Shown here: one piece after another, positions 27,245 to 37,900 of the stretch
How the letters are laid out: the number at the start of each line of letters is the position of its first letter
Position numbering within the stretch: the stretch's first letter is position 1
Origin: a virus
Lineage: Duplodnaviria > Heunggongvirae > Uroviricota > Caudoviricetes
Virus record (IMG/VR): IMGVR_UViG_3300033463_000003
DNA length: 64,000 nucleotides
Direction: 5' to 3' (one strand)
The notes under the pieces: generated by a model
Told to the model about the DNA's origin: nothing
The model's database searches: none
Seen by the model: the letters and a program-made list of their open reading frames with translations, nothing else
Made by a program: the position numbers and the translations under genes

Positions 27245-27654
27245 TGGATGCATCAAAGAAAATAGAATTAGAGCTAAAAGATGTATATCAAATGCTTATA
27301 AGTGAGTGCAGATATGGCTATACAAGAAATAACCATTTAATGCCTTCTGGGGCGTACGATAAAGTTAAAAGAATAATTCCACAAATGTATAAAGTAGATA
27401 AAGAATATGCTATTTATACACTTAAACAGATTTGTGAAGAATGTATTACAGATGAGCTTGATTGGCATTTTTATGATAGCCCTGACGATGAATTTAATAA
27501 TAAAGCTGAATCAATTGAGTTTATTAAATGGTGCTTTGATTATATATATGCAAATACTGCAGATTTTGATAAAGATTGGAAGCCGTATTGTTTAGATAGA
27601 TTTGAAGCTAATTTAGAAAAAGGAAGTTGTAATAAAAAGAGGTATAGAAATTAA
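27244..27654 (+). CDS. hypothetical protein (136 aa)
   Basis: ORF with an AGGGAGG RBS. Confidence 0.55.
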   Translation: MDASKKIELELKDVYQMLISECRYGYTRNNHLMPSGAYDKVKRIIPQMYKVDKEYAIYTLKQICEECITDELDWHFYDSPDDEFNNKAESIEFIKWCFDYIYANTADFDKDWKPYCLDRFEANLEKGSCNKKRYRN

Positions 27655-27685
27655 AAACTATGCCTCTTTATTTTATCATTTAAAC

Positions 27686-27696
27686 TGCTAAATTAT
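27686..27696 (+). promoter_or_regulatory. Late-class motif TGCTAAATTAT
   Basis: Motif family. Confidence 0.45.
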
Positions 27697-27709
27697 ACAG
27701 GGTATTTAT

Positions 27710-28825
27710 ATGAGTAATTTTAAATATATACAAAATAATCAAACTAAGGATATAGCAGACTTATTAATTAATTCAAGCACATATTGGTATCCAAAAGTAA
27801 CATATTCTGGATATTCTCCAGCAATACAAGCTGTAGCACCATGCACTTCAAATGGCTGGGAGCAATACGATAATCTTTCAAATTATGGTTATAGCTATTC
27901 ACCAGATGCAAATAATGGAAGATTTATAAAAAAAGGTTATATACCAACATTTGTAGGTGAGGATACAAGTTCTGGTTCAGGCGCTTGATATAGCACAGGT
28001 CGTAATGATGTATATTTGCTAACTGTAGCATCTGATTCTTCATATATAAATATACATGCTAACTATACAGGCATTGATACAAAAATTACAGCAAATAGAT
28101 TTAGGGATGGCGTTGTTCCAAAAAGAATGATATTAATGCTTCAGGGTGCCGGTGGTGGAGGCGCTTATGGTGAAAAGGATACATATGATTCTTATCCAGG
28201 TAATGGCGGTGGCGCTGGAGCTTTTTGTGTTGTTGTTATTTCTACTAATCCTGGTGAAGCATATACAATAGTTGTTGGTGAAGGTGGTGCAGGTGGGTGA
28301 AGCCCAAAATCGGGTGGAGATTCTTATATACAACTTAATAATGGAACAGTTTTAGTTAAGGCTGGTGGCGGTGCTGCTGGTGGTAGTGGTGGAAGCTATT
28401 CAACACCAAATGGTGAAAATGGCTATTGATGACATTTGCCAAGTAAACGTGTTGGTAGCGATGGTACATTTACATATAATGATTCTTGCTATAATGGAGC
28501 ATCTGGTGGTAATGGTGGTTATCCTAGTAATCCACTAACTTATGGGCAGCAAGGTGGCAGTAGGGGGACTGTTACAACTTATACTAGTTTTGCTGATGAA
28601 ATTAAACATAAGTCATTAACCTGAACATATGTAAATTTTGCTAGCCCAAGTGGCGGAGCCGCTAGTGGCGGTGGCGGAGGAGCATCATCATTTATTGGCC
28701 AAGGCGGTGCTGGAGGCGGAACAGGTCAAGATGCCCCAGGATATGGCGCTGGAGGCGGTGGCGGCGGCTTTGGTGATTATAAAGGTGGCCGTGGTGGTAA
28801 TGGTTGATTTGCATTATATTACTAA
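27710..28825 (+). CDS. Glycine-rich repeat protein (about 371 aa) with five in-frame TGA codons
   Basis: Track ORFs 27710-27988, 28016-28300 and 28436-28624 share one frame and continue to the TAA at 28823. Repeated G-rich blocks include QGAGGGGAYG, PGNGGGAGAF, GEGGAGGW, GQGGAGGGTG and GAGGGGGGFG. Confidence 0.6.
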
Positions 28826-28880
28826 TAAAAATAACTAAAAGAAGTCTGAAATATGGCTTCTTTTTATTGTATAATATAGT

Positions 28881-29147
28881 ATGAAGGTTTATTGTTATAA
28901 TATTAAGTACCAAGGCAAAGAAGCTATTATAAGTATTTCTGGGCCTAATGCATTACAAGGCTTTGCAGAAAATGGATATATTAATTTTTATAATAATGAA
29001 ACTGCACCAAAAAGTTTAGAAGTAGATGTTAGTCTATCTAATAATTGGTTGGATAATTTAATAGATACAGAAGAAAAAATAAAGGCTGTTTTACAGGAAG
29101 AAACAGGCTTAACAATACAAACATTTAACTATATTGTAAAGGAGTAA
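28881..29147 (+). CDS. hypothetical protein (88 aa)
   Basis: ORF downstream of a terminator and a TGTATAATAT promoter. Confidence 0.5.
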   Translation: MKVYCYNIKYQGKEAIISISGPNALQGFAENGYINFYNNETAPKSLEVDVSLSNNWLDNLIDTEEKIKAVLQEETGLTIQTFNYIVKE

Positions 29148-29154
29148 GTAAAAT

Positions 29155-29307
29155 ATGTATTATGCATGTTTAGAATTCAAGCCAGAAAAGCATAGTCCTA
29201 ATGGCAGAAGAATAATGAAAGTCAGATTTAATAAGCGCCAAGAAGCCCGTGATTATATTTCAGAAAACTTTAATCCAGAAATTCATACAAAATGTTGGAC
29301 AGAATAG
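29155..29307 (+). CDS. hypothetical small protein (50 aa)
   Basis: AAGGAG RBS. Below the track size cutoff. Confidence 0.35.
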   Translation: MYYACLEFKPEKHSPNGRRIMKVRFNKRQEARDYISENFNPEIHTKCWTE

Positions 29308-29318
29308 GAGCATATAAA

Positions 29319-29699
29319 ATGAGAGACCCTAAAAGAATTGACGTAGTTTTACAAGAAATTAGTAATATTTGGCACAAGTATCCAGACTTGAGATTAGGCC
29401 AGCTTATTGGTAATGTTTTAGAAGGCCCAGCTTTATACTATGTTGAAGATGATGGATTAATTCAAGCTCTTAAAGATATGTATAATCAAGAAGAAATTCT
29501 AGTTAAGTTTGATGAAGAAGCATATATTTGGGATTTAGTTAAAAGAGATCCTGAAGAAATTGGATTTATACTACAAGCCAAAACATTTGAAGAATATGTA
29601 GCAACCTACACAGATATTGGTGGAAAAGCTGAAGATGCTGTTTATAATGAGCATGAGTATAATTCTATTAAAGCATTTTTTGGAAAAGAAAGCAAATAA
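29319..29699 (+). CDS. hypothetical protein (126 aa)
   Basis: ATG at 29319 after an AGGAG RBS. In frame with track ORF 29292-29699. Confidence 0.5.
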   Translation: MRDPKRIDVVLQEISNIWHKYPDLRLGQLIGNVLEGPALYYVEDDGLIQALKDMYNQEEILVKFDEEAYIWDLVKRDPEEIGFILQAKTFEEYVATYTDIGGKAEDAVYNEHEYNSIKAFFGKESK

Positions 29700-30109
29700 T
29701 GTTAGAATATAAAGAATTAAACTTAAACCCAAATAATGAGCATTCAAATGACTGTTCAACAAGAGCTATTTGTTATTGCTTAAAATTACCGTGGGAAACA
29801 GTCCATAAGCAACAAGAAGAATTAGCTGAGGAAATAGGTAAAGTTTATAGCACTGAATTTCTATTTAATGATGGTATGGTAGTAAATGAGCTACTAATAA
29901 GATATGGTTTTGAGTATTATAAAATTGAGCCTATTGAGCTAATTAACTTTGATACAGTGATTAAAAAAATGGGCTTTCCAGAAAATGCTGTATTTATTTG
30001 TTGGTCAAGTTTAGGCGGGCATGTAGTTGCTGTAGACGGAAATTATTATATTGATAATGTTAATAGAGGCTATTTAGAGGTTGATAGCTTCTATGTAAAA
30101 GTATTATAA
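29699..30109 (+). CDS. Putative papain-like (C39/CHAP-like) cysteine peptidase (136 aa)
   Basis: N-terminal NDCSTRAICYCL (candidate catalytic Cys) and C-terminal GGHVVAVDG (candidate His). Size and Cys-then-His order fit a C39/CHAP-like fold. Weak inference. Confidence 0.35.
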   Translation: MLEYKELNLNPNNEHSNDCSTRAICYCLKLPWETVHKQQEELAEEIGKVYSTEFLFNDGMVVNELLIRYGFEYYKIEPIELINFDTVIKKMGFPENAVFICWSSLGGHVVAVDGNYYIDNVNRGYLEVDSFYVKVL

Positions 30110-30146
30110 AAAGGAAGTATATAAAATAAGCTACTTCCTTTTATTT

Positions 30147-30157
30147 TGCTAAATTAT
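30147..30157 (+). promoter_or_regulatory. Late-class motif TGCTAAATTAT preceded by a terminator hairpin (30113-30140)
   Basis: Motif family. Confidence 0.45.
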
Positions 30158-30173
30158 ATGTTGAGGTACTGAA

Positions 30174-30956
30174 ATGAAGGAACTATTAGAAAATATTGAT
30201 TTTAATAGAGTATATGATAATTTGTCTAATATTTTTAATGCCAAGATTTTTCCACTAACTGAGGCAGCTGGAAAAGGCAAATATTGGGCTAGACAGTTAG
30301 ACCCAGAATTTTTTAATTACGAAGTTTATTATAGTGAGCAGGATGCCGAAAATGATTTAGCTTGGTTTGGTGGCAATCGCGATTATAGGGATATCAATGA
30401 AGATTTACGCAAGGATATTGCTAAAGCTCTTGAAGATATTTACTATGATATTGATAATCGTGATAATGGTGATCCTGATGCAGAATCAGATTATGAAATA
30501 GTTAATTATTATTTTCATATGCCGAATAGAAATGAAGTACCTAAAATTTATATTCCGAAGATTGTAGCATTGGCAGAAGAATATAGTACATGTCGTTCAC
30601 AGGATGAAAATGAAGTACTTGCCGAAGCATTATCACTTAAATATGGTAAAAGATTTGTTACTGGCACAATTCGTGGAAATAGTCAAAGTGATTGGATGGA
30701 TTATATTTGCCCAGCAGGTTTAAATGTAGATTATATTGAGGCTGTATTTTTTGCAACTGGCACAGAGTTTGCAATAACAGAAGATAGATATGAAACTGAA
30801 CCAGATTGAAGTGAAGCTAATACATTTACAGCATATACTGATGAGTGGAGTGATACAGGTTTAGTGACATTTGTTGCAGATGAACTCGGATGCTTCCCAG
30901 AAGATGTTGTTGTAATGGTCCTTGAAGATTACCGTGGTGAATACAGAATACTTTAA
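30174..30956 (+). CDS. hypothetical protein (260 aa) with one in-frame TGA at 30807
   Basis: Track ORF 30174-30809 continues in frame to the TAA at 30954. Confidence 0.5.
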
Positions 30957-31070
30957 TTAAAAAAATAATATTAAAAATAATGCCTTTTTGTAGGCATTTT
31001 TTTATTTTTTATATTATTATTGTATAATATAATGAGTATAAATTTATCGGCAAAAAGGAGTTTATATTAG

Positions 31071-31409
31071 ATGAAGAAAAAGAAATTATCATATGTTTTT
31101 ACCGATGAGGAAAAAGAAATATTAGAAAAAGCAGACTTTATTAGATTTAAAGTATTCTTATATGAATTTGGAAAAACTTTAGGTAGTGAAATTATTTTAT
31201 TAGATAATGATACTGTAAATATTGATGGTGAAATTTTGAATGCAGATCAATTTGAGGAGTATTTAAATAAAATAACATTTGAAACAGGTATTGGAGTTAA
31301 TGATTTTAAGCTTGATGGCTACTTAGAGGATGAAGAAACAGATGGCTTTGATGCTGACTATGATGAAGATGGTTTTAGAAAAGATGGCCCAGTTAAATAT
31401 GATGCTTAG
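31071..31409 (+). CDS. hypothetical acidic protein (112 aa)
   Basis: ORF with an AAAGGAG RBS. Confidence 0.5.
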   Translation: MKKKKLSYVFTDEEKEILEKADFIRFKVFLYEFGKTLGSEIILLDNDTVNIDGEILNADQFEEYLNKITFETGIGVNDFKLDGYLEDEETDGFDADYDEDGFRKDGPVKYDA

Positions 31410-31418
31410 GAGGTAAGT

Positions 31419-32477
31419 ATGAGTGACAAGAAAAATTTAGATTTAGCAAAATTAAAAGCTGATGACGAATTTTATACCTCTTTTGTTGATATTGTAACAG
31501 AGTTATCACATTGGCTTCATAAATTAAAAGGTAAAAGAATAATATGTCCTTGTGATTTTAAGCCAACACCAACAGTTTCTTCTATTACAATTGACTTTGA
31601 GGCTGGTAAATTTTTTATTAATTCAGTACATAAAAAATCAAAGGTAGAATATGTATCTTTATTTGATGCATTTCCTATTGATGATAATATAAAAACAGAA
31701 GTATCAAAAAGCAAAATCCGTGAAATTTTAGCTAATCAGGAAGTAGTTAATTTTGTTAATTATTTATGGGCAGTTGGAAAAGAGGCTGGCATCAAATCAA
31801 TTACGGCCTCTGGGTATGATATTAAAACAAGGCTAGGAATAAGCTTTGATGATGTTGATTATAGTAAGTATGATATGGTTATTACAAATCCGCCATTTAG
31901 TTTATATAGCTCTTTCACTGAAGCTGTCATTGAAGAAAATCCGAACATTGAATTTATCTTAATTGCTCCATTTATGAATAGAGTTGCACCTTGTGTAGCA
32001 ATTCCTCTTATGGAGCGTAGAGCCTATTTAGGTTATGGTCGTCATCTTGCTATGAATTTCAATAATCCAACTGGTGGTAAAGGTAAGAAAGTTGCAGTTG
32101 ACTGGATTGTTAGCTGGCCAGATGCACAAGATGAGCTAGATAAAACTGTCATAGCAACAGGACGAAAATATGACAATTCATCATATAAAACAATGCCTTA
32201 TATGACAATGAAAGATGGAACAAAGCCACTTAAAATTAAATCTATTATAGATATTCCAGATGATTATGATGGTTATATGTTTACATCAGTTGCAGTATTA
32301 GATAGATTAAGTTATAAAAATTTTGACTGGATTTGCACAGGTTGTAAAAAATATTTTAATAAAGAACACCCAGAATTAAACCCATTTGCACATAAAGTTA
32401 GTAATGAAATGATAGGATACGGAACAGAAGATAGCTGTTTCCATGGAATCCTATTTAAAAGAGTATCTAAAAATTAG
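31419..32477 (+). CDS. N6-adenine DNA methyltransferase, HsdM/Eco57I-like (352 aa)
   Basis: DEFYTSFVDI (GxFYTP-like motif) and VITNPPFSLY (motif IV NPPF). No cognate restriction or specificity gene recognised nearby. Confidence 0.55.
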   Translation: MSDKKNLDLAKLKADDEFYTSFVDIVTELSHWLHKLKGKRIICPCDFKPTPTVSSITIDFEAGKFFINSVHKKSKVEYVSLFDAFPIDDNIKTEVSKSKIREILANQEVVNFVNYLWAVGKEAGIKSITASGYDIKTRLGISFDDVDYSKYDMVITNPPFSLYSSFTEAVIEENPNIEFILIAPFMNRVAPCVAIPLMERRAYLGYGRHLAMNFNNPTGGKGKKVAVDWIVSWPDAQDELDKTVIATGRKYDNSSYKTMPYMTMKDGTKPLKIKSIIDIPDDYDGYMFTSVAVLDRLSYKNFDWICTGCKKYFNKEHPELNPFAHKVSNEMIGYGTEDSCFHGILFKRVSKN

Positions 32478-32492
32478 GTATTCTTTTTTTAT

Positions 32493-32503
32493 TGCTAAAT
32501 TAT
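32493..32503 (+). promoter_or_regulatory. Late-class motif TGCTAAATTAT
   Basis: Motif family. Confidence 0.45.
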
Positions 32504-32519
32504 GCGAGGTATTTTTAAT

Positions 32520-33197
32520 ATGCTTGCAACTTATGAAGAATTAGATGGAAATAAATCATTTGAATATTTATTAAATGCACCACTTTCTAATGTTTCTTTT
32601 ATTGAACATTTATCTGATATTTCACAGCATTCTTCAATATCTTGTGCAAAAGAGTACTTAGATATTATTTGTCCAAGCATGTCAATTGAAAACCAAATTT
32701 TGGCTTTTGCAAAGTTATATGGTAAAGTATCACAACAAGAAGCTGGCCGTTGTAATTTTATAATAAAGTTTTTGTTTTTACTTAATTGCTTAAACAAGCT
32801 TAATATTAAAATTAGAGGCAATGGAGATTTAGTAGTTACTTCAAGTAAAACTAATAGATCATATGCTTTAACTGAACGTGGAATTGTGATTGATAAGCAT
32901 GGTACAATTTATTTTGTTTTTACTAATAATAATGCAAATACACCAGAAATTAAAACTGCTTTTATAACATTTAATTTGCCATCAGAAGAAACATATAATT
33001 ATCTTGAATTAAAAGATTTAAATTCTGAGCTATTAAATGCTCGTGTTGAAATGGTTTCATATTTAACAACTAATGAAAAGGATAGTATCTTAGATTTAAA
33101 TTATTCATCTATTATTTCTAACTACTCTAAATTAAATCAGTTAAATTCACAAATTATTAAACATTTGGTTACTGAAACAGTTGAGTCAGTTGCTTAA
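32520..33197 (+). CDS. hypothetical protein (225 aa)
   Basis: ATG at 32520 (gcgaggtatttttaatATG). In frame with track ORF 32502-33197. Confidence 0.5.
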   Translation: MLATYEELDGNKSFEYLLNAPLSNVSFIEHLSDISQHSSISCAKEYLDIICPSMSIENQILAFAKLYGKVSQQEAGRCNFIIKFLFLLNCLNKLNIKIRGNGDLVVTSSKTNRSYALTERGIVIDKHGTIYFVFTNNNANTPEIKTAFITFNLPSEETYNYLELKDLNSELLNARVEMVSYLTTNEKDSILDLNYSSIISNYSKLNQLNSQIIKHLVTETVESVA

Positions 33198-33202
33198 TTA
33201 TT

Positions 33203-33213
33203 TGCTAAATTAA
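33203..33213 (+). promoter_or_regulatory. Late-class motif TGCTAAATTAA
   Basis: Motif family. Confidence 0.4.
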
Positions 33214-33262
33214 ATAGCAAATTGATAATAATATCAATTAAAAACTTGTAAAGGAGTAAATT

Positions 33263-33604
33263 ATGGATTGGATTACAACAGTTAATGGGTTAATCGCTTT
33301 AATTACTGGTTTAGTTGGATTAATCGGTACTGGCATTGGTGCATTTTTTGCAATTAAGAACTTCATCAAAGCTACAAAAGAAAAATCCGCTAAAGAAATC
33401 TGGGCTCTTATCATGGAAATTGCTGATGCTGCAATGAAAGATGTTGAAAAGTCAACTTTAAAAGGTGCAGCTAAGAAAGAAGCTGTTATCAGTGCTGTTA
33501 AAGAAGGCTGTAAAGCAGCAGGTGTTGATTTAGGACCATTTATTGACCAATTAGGCGAATATATTGATCAAACCATTTCATTCGTTAATGGAATGACAAA
33601 ATAA
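33263..33604 (+). CDS. Small membrane protein, holin-like candidate (113 aa)
   Basis: N-terminal TM helix (LIALITGLVGLIGTGIGAFFAI) followed by a charged tail. No endolysin identified nearby, so the lysis role is speculative. Confidence 0.35.
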   Translation: MDWITTVNGLIALITGLVGLIGTGIGAFFAIKNFIKATKEKSAKEIWALIMEIADAAMKDVEKSTLKGAAKKEAVISAVKEGCKAAGVDLGPFIDQLGEYIDQTISFVNGMTK

Positions 33605-33628
33605 CGATAAAATATTGATAATTAAAAT

Positions 33629-33656
33629 AGGACTATAATAAAGTCCTATTTTTTTA
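33629..33656 (+). terminator. Rho-independent terminator (taggacttt attat aaagtccta ttttttt)
   Basis: Stem-loop followed by a U-run. Confidence 0.55.
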
Positions 33657-33679
33657 TACTTTGATTTATCTTAAAAATA

Positions 33680-33690
33680 TGCTAAATTAT
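33680..33690 (+). promoter_or_regulatory. Late-class motif TGCTAAATTAT
   Basis: Motif family. Confidence 0.45.
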
Positions 33691-33724
33691 TTGAGTTTAG
33701 TCTAATAAAAAAGGAGTTTTGGTC

Positions 33725-34189
33725 ATGCGTGATATGTTCATCAATTATGATAATGATTGCAATAAAAAAATTAAACCTCATCAACCAATTACGCCATTTG
33801 ATAAACCAAAAATATTAGAAAGCACTGATGATATTTCAATTGCTTATGATAAAAATGGAAATGAAATCGGAATAAAGGTGAAGCATAATACTGCTTTTAC
33901 TTTATTTTTATATCTTGATGGTTGGAATGAAGAAGAAATTGATGAAGTCGTTTTAGGTAGCACAATTGTTCTTAAAGTATTTGACTTAGTTCCAAAGTTA
34001 GTCTTTAGTAAAGCTATTCCAGCCGAAGAAATTTATGATGTTGAGTCAAACTATTTAATGATACCAATTTCTTATGACGAAGCTCATATGTTAGATATAG
34101 ATTCATATAGAATAAATATAAGTTTAAACTGGGGACAATTTAGTTATGAATTATATACTGAATCCAATGGTTTACTTATTGTAAGATAG
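33725..34189 (+). CDS. hypothetical protein (154 aa)
   Basis: ATG at 33725, 8 nt after AAGGAG. Confidence 0.5.
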   Translation: MRDMFINYDNDCNKKIKPHQPITPFDKPKILESTDDISIAYDKNGNEIGIKVKHNTAFTLFLYLDGWNEEEIDEVVLGSTIVLKVFDLVPKLVFSKAIPAEEIYDVESNYLMIPISYDEAHMLDIDSYRINISLNWGQFSYELYTESNGLLIVR

Positions 34190-34201
34190 AGGGAGTTTAC
34201 A

Positions 34202-34888
34202 ATGGACGAATTAAGAATTAAATCCATATTGGGAATTAGCCCAAGGCATAAGCCACGTAAACTAACTGTTATTACTCGTGGTGCAACAGCTAAGTTAGAG
34301 TATGTTTTAACTGATAAGTGGTTTTCATTTGAGACATTAGAGCAAGTAACATATTCATTTAAACAAAGAACAAGATTACTTTGGTATAATATGTTTATCT
34401 ACTTATTAAAAACAGAAGATACAACAGTAGATGAGTATAAAACATATTATAAAAATGTCACTCCAATAGAACCTGGAAGCAGACAATGTAATGCAGAATT
34501 AGTTTTAGACCCAGTATCAAATCCAAAACAAGCTAACTATTATGAAGTAGTTGATATAACAGATGGCCAAAATGATTTATACTATTTAATTGATGACCAT
34601 TTCTATTATACTGATGATGGTGAAAGAGAATATATTACATTTGTATTTTCATCTGAAGAAACAGAGACATTTTCACCAACTGAACCTGGCGCTGAAGTTA
34701 AGTTTGAAATTGCATTAAGATTTAATACAGACAGCCATGTAGAATTAACTAATAAAGACTCAGTTATTATAGATCCGCAACCACCACTAATAGTTGCAGA
34801 TAGCTTATATAGCAGAGTAAATTCAGATGGTGATTGTTGTAGTGATGATACTGATATGGTAGTATCAACATCACGACTTGTTGGATAA
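34202..34888 (+). CDS. hypothetical protein (228 aa)
   Basis: ORF with a GGGAG RBS. Adjacent to the tail-fibre genes. Confidence 0.5.
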   Translation: MDELRIKSILGISPRHKPRKLTVITRGATAKLEYVLTDKWFSFETLEQVTYSFKQRTRLLWYNMFIYLLKTEDTTVDEYKTYYKNVTPIEPGSRQCNAELVLDPVSNPKQANYYEVVDITDGQNDLYYLIDDHFYYTDDGEREYITFVFSSEETETFSPTEPGAEVKFEIALRFNTDSHVELTNKDSVIIDPQPPLIVADSLYSRVNSDGDCCSDDTDMVVSTSRLVG

Positions 34889-34902
34889 AAAGGAGTTAGA
34901 AT

Positions 34903-37900
34903 ATGTCAGAACTTTATACAAAAACAAAGTGGATAAATAATAGAACAAAACTCAGTGCTAAAAACATGAACCATATTGAGGATGGCATTGAAAGAGTTGC
35001 TGAAGAAATTGAAAGTATAGAAAGTCAACATCAACTTCATACACATCCTAATAAACAAATTTTAGACCAAATTCAAGTACCTCTTACTACTGGATTAGCA
35101 GAAAAATATGATAGTTATGAAGGGCAAATTGAAGAAAAGTCAGCTGTTTCTGTTTCCGAAACTGGCGAATCTGAGACTAGTGTTCAATATATTACAATTG
35201 ATGGTGTTGAATATAAATTAGCTGGTGATATTGCAGAAAATTATGAAGAATTAGATAATGTTTCTTTAAATGCAATCACAGCTACAGGCGTTTATAAAAT
35301 TATTAATGCAAAAGATGTTCCAGAATATACATCTACTTCTGGTATTTTAAATGCAACTAAATTATCAAATGATCAAACAGCACAAGATTGGTTATCAACA
35401 ACTAACCGTGCAGTTAGAATTTTTGATGAAACAAGTGTTGGTTTAAAATTCTATGTTAATAATGAAGTAGTTCCACAAGGTGAAGTTTTATTACCACTTG
35501 GTGGAACATATGAATTACATGGTGATTTATTAGGCCATATTATTATTGGTGAAGGCGAATTAACTGCCAATAATAGAACAAAAATTATTCTTAATGGTGT
35601 TAATATTCAATCATATAACTATGAATCTTGTATTGAATATACTTCTGAGGCAAGTAAATTAATTGTTGAAATTGCTGATAATTCTAAGAACTACTTAGTT
35701 GCTGGCGTTGAGGGTGAAACTGGTGATAATGACAAAGGTGCGCTTCACTCAGAAAATAATTTAGTTTTAACTGGTGTTGGCTATTTAACAATTATTAATG
35801 CAAAGGGTCATGGTATTAAAGCTTCAGAGCTTGTTATTACTGGAAATCCTTATGTTTATTTAGATACAAATCATGATGCTGTTCATGGTGGTAAATTATT
35901 AAAGATTGCTGGCGGCTACTTTGTAGTTCATGGAGCTAATGATGCATTTAGTGGTTCAGCTGGTGGTAATAATGATGGTAAAGTTTTAATTCTTGGTGGT
36001 GAATATAACATCGTATCATGTAAAGAAGCTGCTTTTGAAGGTAAGTCAGCTAATGGTATTAAAAAAGTATTAAATTCTACTATTACATTTGGTGAAGGCT
36101 GCAATAAATTATTTAACGCAAGTAATGCAAATGAAGGATATGAATTTAAAGTTTTTGAAGGATTAAATACAATTACTAATAATTCTAGTAAAACTTATGA
36201 GGAAGTCAGTTTAGCTGAGGCTGTTGGTTTACCGTATCTTTATGAATATGGTGAAGAACCAGTTCAAATTACTGCTTCTGTAACAACTTTAGATCCAAGC
36301 TCTGATAAAGAATATGTAATTAAAGGTAATTGGACAGGTAAAAAACTTATTACTGCACCAGCTTCTGGAGTTAAAGTTGATTTCAGAGTCAAGGATTTAT
36401 ACTATGAATCAGAAGATGCAGAAGATCTAGAAGCATTTATTACACATACTAATGATAAACGTATTAAATTTAGTATTGATGAATTTAACTTAGCTTATAT
36501 TAAAAAAGCTGCTGGTTCATGTATTACTACTGCCAAGAACTTACAAGTTAAAGGCAAAGGTGATTTATTCCTATCTTGTACAAATGGTGAAGCTATTTCA
36601 GCACCTAATGGCTATACAGTTTTAGGTGGTGATGGTATTAGAAGTATTAAAGGTAGTGCTTCTGGTATTACAACTTCAAGCTTACGTTTAGGTGAAGACC
36701 CAGATGACGTTGATGAAAAATTTGATACTCCAAGTAAACGTGGTGTAAGTGATACTGCTGCATATATTATTGAAAATACTCAAGATATTACTCTAACAAA
36801 TACAGAAGAGCTAATTACATATAAAAATCAAATTATTGCTACACAATATATGACTGGCGCAGTAATTTTAGGTACAATTCAAGCTGCCAATGTTGAAAGT
36901 GCATTAGTTGTTCAATCTGGTGATGTATTACAAAAAGAAGGGGAGCCATACCCAAATACTGCATTAGTTTATGGTATGCCTTCTGGCTTAATTATTGCTG
37001 GTGATGCTCATACATATATTGAACCAAGTGCAGAAGAGCTTGATGGTGAAGTTCCAGATATTGAAGAAGCAGCCGGTAGTGATTGGATTGTTTATCGTGG
37101 CGATGGTTATACAAAAGAAGAAGTAGATACTAAGTTTGTTCCAAAAACAGAATATAATGCTTTACTTGCTAAGCTTGATGCTATTGCTCCAAGAGCAGTT
37201 AATTTTAGTTATAGATTATTAGACCCAACACAAGGTATTAAGAAAACTAATTTATCATTTGCAGATGTTGTTGATGAAAGTGGTGAAGAGCCAGTTATTA
37301 AGTCTGCAATTAGTAATTTAACTATTTATAAATATGCTTGTCCAGAAGAAATTGAAGATGAAGCAGAACAAGCCCATAAATATTTATCAAGTGGTGCTCC
37401 AATTTATGCACGTGATGGTGATAAAGGCTATGTAGCTATTGATAAAACAGGGCAAGTTAACTTTATTCCTGAATTTACAGAAGAGTTTGCAAGTGGCTAT
37501 GTGTTACAACCAGTAGTTACACCTGCAGATGGGTATAATAATTTTAAAACACAATGGAATACTGGAATTCCAGGACTTTACCGTTTTACAAAAGTTAATT
37601 CTGATTTAGATGTTGAATTACATGCTGTTAAAGAGTCAGAAATGCCAGCACATGTATTAACATATAAGCTTAGAGCTCCAGTTGATTATCCAATTGATAA
37701 AGTACCATACCCAACTATTTTCCGTGGTGCAGACCATCTTGAAAAATATGTTAAATATGGCCCAGGTGCAACACTTCAAGGCGCCTATAACACATTAGAT
37801 GAGTCATTAATTAGTGGCTGTGCTTTAGTATTACCACAAGAATATGAAACAGTTACTATTGATAATGTTGATTATCATGAATGGACTATTATTGATAGAG

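Noticed and set aside
28638-28838. ORF 28638-28838 (Ala/Val/Glu-rich, 66 aa)
   Set aside because: It lies out of frame within the Gly-rich gene 27710-28825. The open frame is produced by runs of GGN Gly codons. The in-frame reading through TGA to the TAA at 28823 is continuous.
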